Of a stretch of DNA of 64,000 nt, positions 1-8,489 are shown one piece after another. The stretch's first letter is position 1; each line of letters begins with the position of its first letter. Location: NCBI GenBank assembly GCA_963843375.1, contig CAWJKT010000009.1, positions 1 to 64,000 on the forward strand. The letters run 5' to 3'. The notes beneath the pieces were generated by a model. It saw only the letters and a list, made by a program, of their open reading frames with translations, was not told where the DNA came from and ran no database searches. Source of the DNA: an uncultured Pseudomonadota bacterium (GTDB lineage: Bacteria > Oederibacteriota > Muellerivitia > Muellerivitales > Muellerivitaceae). A program made the position numbers and the translations under genes.

Positions 1-47
1 TCGCACATGGCCTGGCTGGAGTCCTGGCATTTTCGTGGACATTTTTA

Positions 48-968
48 TTATGCTGCTTTTGGTGCCGGATTGTCAAATTGCCGCTCGTAATCCGCTGGGC
101 TTATCTTGCCGAGCCGACGTTGTTTCCGGACGTGATTGTAATATCGCTCGATGTAGTCGAACACGGCGGTCCTGACCTCGCCCGCGTCGCGCCACACGTG
201 CTGATAGATCAGCTCCTTCTTGATCGTCGCATTAAACGATTCCGCCGCCGCGTTGTCGTAGCATATGCCGGTGTGCCCGACCGACGGGATAATACCCTCG
301 GCGAAAAGGCGATCGCGGTACCTTCCCGAGGTATACTGGGACCCGCGGTCATGGTGCACCACCAGCTCGCCTATGCCTATTCCCGGCCCGCGGGCGGCCA
401 GCGCATTATCCACGGCCTCGAGCACCAGGCCCGTGCGCATGTGGTCATCCACGGCCCAGCCGACGACCTTATTCGAGCACATGTCGATAAGCGTCGCCAG
501 GTACGCGAAACCAGAATACGTCCAGATATAGGTAATATCGCCGACCCACAGCTGGTCCGGCTCCGGCGCGGTGAACTGGCGGTCCACCAAATCGACCAGG
601 CCGCCGATTGCCCTGCTGTCCTGCACGGTCGTCCGCGCCGACGGCCCGGGATGCACGCACTGCAGGCCCGCGGCCCGCGCCAGGCGGCGCACCCGCCGCC
701 CGGAGGTGACGTACCCTTCCTCCTGCAAGTCCCACAAGATCCGCTCGATGCCGGCCCGGTTCTTATGCCTTTCCTGATGCAAGTACCTGATCCGCGCGGC
801 CAGCTCAGCGTCCTTCTGATCATGCGCCGAGACCGGCCGCTTCCTCCACTCGTAAAATCCCTGCCGCGTCACTCCCAGCATGCGGCACATGAAAACAACG
901 GGAAAGCGCACTCCGGGAGGCAGCTGCCGCTGCTCTTCCGCCACCTGGCCAATGAACAAGAATTTCAC
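48..968 (-). CDS. IS3-family transposase OrfB (DDE/rve)
   Basis: WVGDITY, HHDRGSQY, DNAAAESF motifs. Confidence 0.97.
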   Translation of the reverse strand: MKFLFIGQVAEEQRQLPPGVRFPVVFMCRMLGVTRQGFYEWRKRPVSAHDQKDAELAARIRYLHQERHKNRAGIERILWDLQEEGYVTSGRRVRRLARAAGLQCVHPGPSARTTVQDSRAIGGLVDLVDRQFTAPEPDQLWVGDITYIWTYSGFAYLATLIDMCSNKVVGWAVDDHMRTGLVLEAVDNALAARGPGIGIGELVVHHDRGSQYTSGRYRDRLFAEGIIPSVGHTGICYDNAAAESFNATIKKELIYQHVWRDAGEVRTAVFDYIERYYNHVRKQRRLGKISPADYERQFDNPAPKAA

Positions 969-1261
969 AGGTTCTGGCTCGCGAAGTACGCACTCGCTTT
1001 TTTCAGGAACGCGTTCTCCATGTTGAGGCGGCGGACGTCCGCCTCCAGGTCCCTGATCCGCGTCCGTTCCGCTGGCGTCAGCGGCGCCTCACCCGCCGCG
1101 ACCGCCTCATTATCCTTGTCTTTCTTGACCCAGTTAGCCAGGGTCGATTCCTTCAGCCCCAGATTCCGGGCCGTCTCCGCGATAGTCTGATTCGATTCCC
1201 GGTAGAGCTTCACAGCCTCGGCCTTATAGCCGTCGGCGAACTTCTGGTACTTCGTCACCAT
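965..1261 (-). CDS. IS3-family OrfA (HTH_Tnp_1)
   Basis: YKAEAVKL...TIAETARNLGL..TLANWVK HTH, then coiled coil LNMENAFLKKA; AGGAGG SD before the ATG. Confidence 0.95.
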   Translation of the reverse strand: MVTKYQKFADGYKAEAVKLYRESNQTIAETARNLGLKESTLANWVKKDKDNEAVAAGEAPLTPAERTRIRDLEADVRRLNMENAFLKKASAYFASQNL

Positions 1262-2114
1262 CGGGGTTCCTCCTGTGCCCAGTGATCCTAGTGTGGTCAC
1301 TGTCCACGGAAGTGGCGGGCCTCCAGGCGGTGCAGGCCATGCGTTCGGCACGGGATGACCTGCGCTACGGCATCACGCTGAACCTGTATCCGACTTTCGC
1401 CGCCACTTCTTCGGCCGCCGACCAAGAGGCAGCCCGCCGCGTCGACGGCATCTGTAACCGCATCTTCCTCGACCCGATCCTCCGCAGCCGCTATCCGGAA
1501 GACGTGCTCGCCGATCTTGAGCCGATCGCGGGCCTGGCGCACATCGAGGACGGCGACGATAAGCAGATCGGCCAGCCGCTGGACCTGTTGGGCGTGAACT
1601 ACTACAGCCGGCACGTGGTACGGGCGGGCACTGGTCGGCCGAACGCGGCCTGGGTCGGCGCCGAACGCGCTGAGGCTGTCCGCACAGGGCTCCCCGTGAC
1701 CGCCGCCGACTGGGAGATCGATCCGACGGGGTTGTACGACATCCTCACTCGGGTCGCGCGTGAGTATCAGTCGCCGCCGTTGTACATCACTGAGAACGGC
1801 GCCGCCTTCCCCGACGTGATCGCCGACGACGGCGGCGTACACGATGAGCAGCGCATCGCCTTCCTCGCCGGACACTTCCGCGCGGCGCATCAGGTCATTA
1901 GGGACGGTGTCGACCTCCGGGGGTACTTCGTCTGGTCACTCATGGACAACTTCGAATGGGCCTGGGGTTACGACCGCCGTTTCGGTCTTGCCTATGTCGA
2001 CTACGCCAGCCAGCGACGGCTGGTCAAGGACAGCGGTCGCTGGTATGCCAACGTATCGGCAGCAAACGCCCTGGGCTAACATCGTGGCCATAAATCCGAG
2101 CGGGAGGTAACGGG

Positions 2115-3151
2115 GTGGGGGTGCCTATCCGACCGGCGCGACGTGCCACCCTCGATGAGGTGGCCCGCCTGGCCCGCGTCTCACCTTCTACCTATCCCGG
2201 GTCGTCCGTGGTTCCGCGCAGGTCAGCGAAGAGCTCGAAAGCGCCGTTCGCGAAGCCATCCGTGTCACTGGTTACGTTCCGAACCTGGCCGCCCGCCAGT
2301 TGGTTACCAGCCGCTCAGACGCCGTAGGTGTGGTGATCCCTGAAGATCAGTGGCGGGTATTCCGCGACCCTTTCTTCGCCAACATGGTGGAGGGAGTGGC
2401 CACCCAGCTGGCCTCGACGCGCTATCGCTTCATCCTCGTCATGGGCCGTTCCGCCGAAGACCCGGAATGGTTGCTCCATTACGTGGGCGGCGGCCACATC
2501 AACGGGGTCATGCTGATCGCACCCGAGCGGCAGCATGTTCTCGGAGATGCCATCACGTCGGTCGGCGTGCCAGTGGTCTACATGGGCAAGCCGTTCCAAG
2601 CCGCTGAGGACGCCCGGTATGTCGACGCCAACAATGTCGGCGGGGTCAGGCAAGCCGTTGAGTACCTGTACGCGCAGGGGCGGCGGCGCATCGCCATGAT
2701 CGCCGGCGTTCCCACCATGCGGTCGAGCGTCGACCGGACGGCCGGCTACCAGTCCGGCATGGCCAGCGTGGGATTGCCGGTGGACGAGCGGCTCGTCGTG
2801 GCTACTGACTACGGCGACGAGGCAGCCGAAAAAGCTATGAACCAGCTGCTGCGGCTGAGCGACAGTACGGGCGATATAGACGCCGTCATCGCAGCCTCCG
2901 ATCTCATTGCGATCGGCGTACTGCGGGCTCTCCGCAACGCGGGGATAAATGTACCAGCCGATATCGCCGTGATCGGGTACGGAGACGAGTGGATTGCGGC
3001 CCGGAGCGAGCCGCCGCTGACTACCATCGCTCAGAATTCTGTCCAGATGGGCATTGAACTGGCGCGGCTCATGGTCGCCGTACTCGAGGGCCAGCCGCAT
3101 CCCGGCCGCTTCATAATGCCTCCCAGGCTGGTCGTGCGCGCCACCGCCTGA
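2115..3151 (+). pseudogene. LacI-family transcriptional regulator with 1-nt frameshift near 2183
   Basis: ATLDEVARLARVSPST continues in another frame as SRVVRGS..GYVPNLAARQL; ligand-binding domain in 2300..3151. Confidence 0.88.
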
Positions 3152-4048
3152 GTTGATGATGGTTTGGTGCGGTCGTTGTCGTTTCCTGCCGGGTCCGGTC
3201 GCCGGGGTATGTCGTTGGATGCGAAGTGCTGCTGATCTGCGCCTGGCCCTCGGTGCGGTGGGTGATCCCGGGGCTGACGGCCTGTCTGGCATCGGGGAAG
3301 TACCCTTGGGCGATGTTCTCGCCTCAAGGCCCGTCTGTGCGTGAACTGGTGATGCAGGCGCTGTCTTCGGTCGAGGGCGGCTACGACCTGCTTGCCCCGA
3401 AGTTCGACCACACGCCTTTCCGCACCCCCGATGGCGTGCTTGACGCGGCCGCCGGCGCGTTGCGCCCGCTCGGCCCGTTCGGCCGGGGAGTGGACGTGTG
3501 CTGCGGTACCGGCGCGGGCATGCGGGTCCTCAGGTCCCTGTGCCAGGGACCGGTCGCGGGCGTCGACTTCAGCACTGGCATGCTCGCGCAGGCGCGCAGG
3601 GCGCACCCCGGCGCCAGGTGGGTACGGGCCGACGTCCGGGCGCTGCCCTTCGCCGGGGCCTTCGACCTGGCGGTCAGTTTCGGAGCGCTCGGGCACTTCC
3701 TGCCCGCCGAACGGCCCGCGCTGTTCGCCGGCGTGTACCGCGCGCTGCGGCCTGGCGGGGTTTTCGCTTTCCCGGTCGGTGCGCCGCAGCCCGTCACCTC
3801 ACGCTGGTACTGGGCACTGCTCGGGTTCGACCTGGCCATGCGGGTCCGCAATGCCGTCTGGCGTCCCCCGTTCGTCATGTACTACCGCACCTGCCCGCTG
3901 CACGCGGCCCGCCACGACCTGACAGCATCCGGATTCACCGTGACGACCCTCCCCTTGACGGCTCTGGGCCGGCGCGAGGACGGCTGGAGGCCCGCCACTT
4001 CCGTGGACAGTGACCACACTAGGATCACTGGGCACAGGAGGAACCCCG

Positions 4049-4345
4049 ATGGTGACGAAGTACCAGAAGTTCGCCGACGGCTATAAGGCCGAGGCTGTGA
4101 AGCTCTACCGGGAATCGAATCAGACTATCGCGGAGACGGCCCGGAATCTGGGGCTGAAGGAATCGACCCTGGCTAACTGGGTCAAGAAAGACAAGGATAA
4201 TGAGGCGGTCGCGGCGGGTGAGGCGCCGCTGACGCCAGCGGAACGGACGCGGATCAGGGACCTGGAGGCGGACGTCCGCCGCCTCAACATGGAGAACGCG
4301 TTCCTGAAAAAAGCGAGTGCGTACTTCGCGAGCCAGAACCTGTGA
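4049..4345 (+). CDS. IS3-family OrfA
   Basis: Same protein as copy 1; A6G run at 4307-4313 where a -1 shift enters the orfB frame; GTGA stop/start overlap. Confidence 0.95.
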   Translation: MVTKYQKFADGYKAEAVKLYRESNQTIAETARNLGLKESTLANWVKKDKDNEAVAAGEAPLTPAERTRIRDLEADVRRLNMENAFLKKASAYFASQNL

Positions 4346-5262
4346 AATTCTTGTTCATTGGCCAGGTGGCGGAAGAGCAGCGGCAGCTGCCTCCCGGAGT
4401 GCGCTTTCCCGTTGTTTTCATGTGCCGCATGCTGGGAGTGACGCGGCAGGGATTTTACGAGTGGAGGAAGCGGCCGGTCTCGGCGCATGATCAGAAGGAC
4501 GCTGAGCTGGCCGCGCGGATCAGGTACTTGCATCAGGAAAGGCATAAGAACCGGGCCGGCATCGAGCGGATCTTGTGGGACTTGCAGGAGGAGGGGTACG
4601 TCACCTCCGGGCGGCGGGTGCGCCGCCTGGCGCGGGCCGCGGGCCTGCAGTGCGTGCATCCCGGGCCGTCGGCGCGGACGACCGTGCAGGACAGCAGGGC
4701 AATCGGCGGCCTGGTCGATTTGGTGGACCGCCAGTTCACCGCGCCGGAGCCGGACCAGCTGTGGGTCGGCGATATTACCTATATCTGGACGTATTCTGGT
4801 TTCGCGTACCTGGCGACGCTTATCGACATGTGCTCGAATAAGGTCGTCGGCTGGGCCGTGGATGACCACATGCGCACGGGCCTGGTGCTCGAGGCCGTGG
4901 ATAATGCGCTGGCCGCCCGCGGGCCGGGAATAGGCATAGGCGAGCTGGTGGTGCACCATGACCGCGGGTCCCAGTATACCTCGGGAAGGTACCGCGATCG
5001 CCTTTTCGCCGAGGGTATTATCCCGTCGGTCGGGCACACCGGCATATGCTACGACAACGCGGCGGCGGAATCGTTTAATGCGACGATCAAGAAGGAGCTG
5101 ATCTATCAGCACGTGTGGCGCGACGCGGGCGAGGTCAGGACCGCCGTGTTCGACTACATCGAGCGATATTACAATCACGTCCGGAAACAACGTCGGCTCG
5201 GCAAGATAAGCCCAGCGGATTACGAGCGCCAATTTGACAATCCGGCACCAAAAGCAGCATAA
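4342..5262 (+). CDS. IS3-family transposase OrfB
   Basis: DDE motifs, same protein as 48..968. Confidence 0.97.
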   Translation: MKFLFIGQVAEEQRQLPPGVRFPVVFMCRMLGVTRQGFYEWRKRPVSAHDQKDAELAARIRYLHQERHKNRAGIERILWDLQEEGYVTSGRRVRRLARAAGLQCVHPGPSARTTVQDSRAIGGLVDLVDRQFTAPEPDQLWVGDITYIWTYSGFAYLATLIDMCSNKVVGWAVDDHMRTGLVLEAVDNALAARGPGIGIGELVVHHDRGSQYTSGRYRDRLFAEGIIPSVGHTGICYDNAAAESFNATIKKELIYQHVWRDAGEVRTAVFDYIERYYNHVRKQRRLGKISPADYERQFDNPAPKAA

Positions 5263-5593
5263 TAAAAGTGTCCACGAAAATGCCAGGACTCCACGGCAGC
5301 CCGCGGTACCGGCTTGTCCTCGCGCACAGACCCGGCACGCCCTGACTGCTGCGTACGCCGCTGGACTGCCCCTGATCGCGGTCTCAGCCCTGCCCCGCAG
5401 GACCGGCCGATCGTGCGTTCTGACACGGGGAGATTGCGCCGCAGCCGAGCACAGCGATCCGGCTGCCCGGATCATCCGCTATGCGCATTCAGCGGTGCGC
5501 CCGAAGTGGAACAGCAGGCCGCACGGATCCTTCAATAGGGCGGTTACCGGCGTCGGCAAGTCTGGCGTGGCAAGCCGATTAATTCCGCGTATT

Positions 5594-5815
5594 TCACGCT
5601 GGCGTGCAAAGTGCTCCCGGCCCTGAGAAGTCAACACAATGGATTACCTTGCCCTCCCAGCACACATAGTTCCGGTCACCGCGAGCGGCTGACGACCAAG
5701 GCATCCAAGTCACCTCGCAAACCGGGCAAGTCATCCGGCTGCCGACACCAGGAACCCCACGCTCACCGCAATTCCAGCACAGCTTATGATCACCCTTTTG
5801 CTGGCTTCCGCTCAT
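5594..5815 (-). CDS. Small putative zinc-ribbon protein
   Basis: CWNC...CPVC pairs; GGTGAGG SD-like sequence upstream of ATG. Confidence 0.45.
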   Translation of the reverse strand: MSGSQQKGDHKLCWNCGERGVPGVGSRMTCPVCEVTWMPWSSAARGDRNYVCWEGKVIHCVDFSGPGALCTPA

Positions 5816-6045
5816 TGTCCTCACCACCCCCGAACTTTCCCCGCATGACCCGGATCCGCGGCCTCCACGGCAACCTCAAGTCCAGATCCGCCGGCCTTTT
5901 TGACGTCATTGCCCGCATGTCACCGGCTCGCTGCCAGCCGCGACCTTCACGACGCCCCCGTTAACGCGTATACCTGGCGGAGGGGCCGGCCGACCGCGCT
6001 GATACATCCGGGTGCCCGAGATCATCCCGCCACACCGCCACACCG

Positions 6046-6195
6046 TCACACGTTACGCCGGTACTGCCCGCCGACCTCGAAGAACGCCTCGCTGATCTGG
6101 TCGAGCGAGCAGTGCCTGACCGCCTTCATCAGGGCCTCGAAGACGTTCCCGCCGCCGGCCGCCGCCTCCTTGAGGCGCCGTAGCGCGGCCGGCTT
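6046..6195 (-). pseudogene. C-terminal fragment of IcmF/methylmalonyl-CoA-mutase-family protein
   Basis: ALRRLKEAAAGGGNVFEALMKAVRHCSLDQISEAFFEVGGQYRRNV*, typical IcmF-type C-terminus (frame not listed in ORF track). Confidence 0.75.
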
Positions 6196-6559
6196 GCGCG
6201 ATGACGTGCCGCGCGTGGCCACGGGCCACCCTGTCGGCCAGGTCGGCGGGCGCCAGCAGCGTCGATGAGGGAATCACCACCACGCCGAGCTTGATCGCCG
6301 CCAGCATCGACTCCCACAACTCGACCTGGTTGCCGAGCATCACGACGATCCGGTCGCCGCACCCGGCCCCGCGGTCGCGCAGCCAATTCGCCACCTGGTC
6401 CGATCGCCGGGCCAGCTGCCGGAACGTCACCGTGATATCGGCGCCGTCCTCCTCGGCGCCGTCCTCCTCGGCGCCGTCCTCCTCGGCACCGTCCTCCTCG
6501 GCGATCCGCAAGGCCGGCCGATCCGCCTGGGCTGGGTCGGCGGCCAGCGCGTCGAACCA
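6196..6559 (-). pseudogene. N-terminal fragment of AMP-binding acyl-CoA synthetase
   Basis: WFD..RPALRI..TFRQLARRSDQVANWL..GDRIVVMLGNQVELWESMLAAIKLGVVVIP. Confidence 0.85.
6438..6503. repeat. 15-bp tandem repeat, ~4.4 copies (encodes AEEDG x4 on minus strand)
   Basis: TCGGCGCCGTCCTCC units read directly. Confidence 0.95.
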
Positions 6560-6594
6560 TCTTAAGGAAGTTTTTACCTGTTAGGCGGCAGAAC

Positions 6595-7064
6595 ATGAAA
6601 CTTTTGGGCGAACTTTTTTCCAACCTTTTCCTTCTTGGTCTTGTGGTTTTCCTTGCCGTTTTTTGCTTAATGATGGTCTTGGGTGGCATTGCTTTTATCG
6701 GCAGGATTTTGTTTTACGTTTTTTATCCCCTCTATTTCCTAACTTTGAAACCCGTCATTTGGGCTTTAGTTCAATTTTTCAAACCCGTTGCCCGAATGTA
6801 AAGGGTTCTTTAAAAGAGAATTGGTTGATTATGAAGTTGCCAGCGAAGAAGAAGTTCGCAAGACCGATTAATCGTGTTGATCGAGGGAACCGTCTATTCC
6901 AACGACTTTTGAATCCAAACATGGGTTATGAAGTCAACCGCCAGGAACAAGTTGCCATGATTCAAAAGACGATTCATAACCATTGGGAATGCACGAATCC
7001 TACTTGTAATCACAAGTGGTTTTCCGAAGAATTCGTGGAATACGAAGGTTCTTTGGATAAATAG
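6595..7064 (+). pseudogene. Membrane-anchored zinc-ribbon protein, broken by indels
   Basis: Hydrophobic N-terminus; CP.CK pair near 6790 and CTNPTC near 6990 in different frames. Confidence 0.5.
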
Positions 7065-7226
7065 TGACTTCTTTTTTTCCTCTTCTATTCCATTAATTAA
7101 ACCTTACTTATTGTGTTTAGTTAGGAAGCAAATCGCCTCAGGTCCATTTCTGAATGTAAAATTCCTTTCTAAAATCCTCATTGCAACATTTAGCTTTCCT
7201 GGAATGGCATCAAAACAGCATGGGTT

Positions 7227-7460
7227 TTGAGAAATACGAAGCTTGAATGGGTTGATATGAGTATGGGCATAGAGGTGACGCGGATGGTCAGGGAATTAAG
7301 GGGTGAACAATTTATCCCGCTGGAATTAGTCAAACAGCAGAAGAAGCGGATTGGATGTGGTAGATCGTTTGGTAAGAAGGTTGAAAACACTATGGGAGGT
7401 AAAGGACCGATACACGATGTATTCGATTTCGTCCATTGGTTGAAAACCAAACGAAAATAG
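7227..7460 (+). CDS. Hypothetical small basic protein
   Basis: ORF only. Confidence 0.3.
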   Translation: MRNTKLEWVDMSMGIEVTRMVRELRGEQFIPLELVKQQKKRIGCGRSFGKKVENTMGGKGPIHDVFDFVHWLKTKRK

Positions 7461-7502
7461 GCCAGACAATGGAAGTGCCAAACTATAGAGATTCAGACCT
7501 AA

Positions 7503-8279
7503 TCAAGGATTTTGAGTTTTAGTCAGCGGTGGGATTACCCGGAAGAAGTCCGCTGAAATTATTGCCCTGGTATAGATGGTGGCGAGTTGTGTTGATTCTG
7601 GGGTGTCGTCAGGCACAAATCCGGAGATATGGTTAGTGTTTAATGAGGATATGAAGGTTAAGAAATCTATTCCAGCTATGGTTTTATAGAAGTTAAGCGG
7701 TCGTCCATAGTCAACGTCGGTATATGAACCATGAGAAATACCGTGACGGTTTGTTCCGTCGTCAAGTTTGTAAGATGTAGATCCGATGAAGAAATAATCT
7801 TCGATGAAGTCTTGGAACGAATCCAACATATCTACGATTTCCCCTGTTGCCCCAATCTTCCTTTTGATGACATCGTCCTTTGTATTCTTAACTAACTTGC
7901 TAAAAACATTCTTGGTATCACCACTAAATCCCTTATTTTTAGCGAGTAGTCTGCCAGCGCCCTCGATAACAGGGATCAATCCTCCAACAGCAATGTGGTG
8001 CAGGCCTGAAAAGTGGGCGTATACAGCTTCCGATATCGTTTGATGGAATTGATCGATGATGGGCGTTTTGGGATAGCGGTTTAAAACCATTGAAGCCAGA
8101 CGTTCGGGGCGATAAACAAGTGAGAGCCAAGCTTCTAGTTCGGTTTGTGTGATTTGGCCGTTGTTTTTATCAATTGTTGCAGCGAGTTGACGTATAAATC
8201 CAACCGTAATATATGGTGGCATAAACCAACCGACGCTATGAAATTTGTCTTTTAGGTTGTTTAATGCATTTTGCTGAAT
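7503..8279 (-). CDS. Putative HEPN-type protein (RxxxxH); possible ATT start at 8279
   Basis: NRHGISHG motif, IPVIEG helix, GWF near N-terminus; AAGGAG SD 7 nt before an in-frame ATT. Confidence 0.6.
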   Translation of the reverse strand: MQQNALNNLKDKFHSVGWFMPPYITVGFIRQLAATIDKNNGQITQTELEAWLSLVYRPERLASMVLNRYPKTPIIDQFHQTISEAVYAHFSGLHHIAVGGLIPVIEGAGRLLAKNKGFSGDTKNVFSKLVKNTKDDVIKRKIGATGEIVDMLDSFQDFIEDYFFIGSTSYKLDDGTNRHGISHGSYTDVDYGRPLNFYKTIAGIDFLTFISSLNTNHISGFVPDDTPESTQLATIYTRAIISADFFRVIPPLTKTQNP

Positions 8280-8489
8280 GGTATTACTCCTTAATCGATC
8301 ATTTGGAAAATGTTGCTATTATATTCGAACGGTTACCTTTACGGGTATTGGGGATAGGGATATGTTTCCAAAAACGCTTAGTGCGATCAGGTAGTAAGTT
8401 GATTGACGTTTAGGGTGGGGAATAACTTGTTCCTGTAGGCCAAGCGTCTTTGTTTTGGGTGTTATTTCAAATAAGGCTTATTAAAAACG

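Larger units (their letters stand above)
17..1325 (-). mobile_element. IS3-family insertion sequence, copy 1 (1309 bp)
   Basis: Ends TG...CA; imperfect 25-bp terminal IRs TGGAGGCCCGCCACTTCCGTGGACA / TGGAGTCCTGGCATTTTCGTGGACA; 3-bp TSD GGC (14-16, 1326-1328); orfA+orfB inside. Confidence 0.97.
1..2079 (+). pseudogene. GH1 beta-glucosidase, IS-interrupted, 5' part outside window
   Basis: ITENG nucleophile motif, GVNYY, WSLMDNFEWAWGY; removing the IS and one GGC restores AHGLAVQAMR in frame across 1-16/1329. Confidence 0.93.
3985..5293 (+). mobile_element. IS3-family insertion sequence, copy 2 (1309 bp)
   Basis: Same IRs as copy 1; 4-bp TSD CGGC (3981-3984, 5294-5297); near-identical to copy 1 (at least 3 SNPs seen). 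Confidence 0.97.
3313..5345 (+). pseudogene. Class I SAM-dependent methyltransferase interrupted near its C-terminus by IS copy 2
   Basis: VDVCCGTG motif I; removing the IS and CGGC gives ...GRREDG-SPRYRLVLAHRPGTP* ending at 5345. Confidence 0.9.

Noticed and set aside
17..5293. Composite transposon carrying GH1-LacI-methyltransferase
   Set aside because: Each IS has its own TSD and both interrupted genes continue outside the pair
78..5475. Long ORFs 78..1190 (+) and 4120..5475 (-)
   Set aside because: Antisense shadows of the GC-rich transposases
6438..6503. CRISPR-like array (also considered 61400-61850)
   Set aside because: Contiguous coding repeats without unique spacers; no cas genes seen
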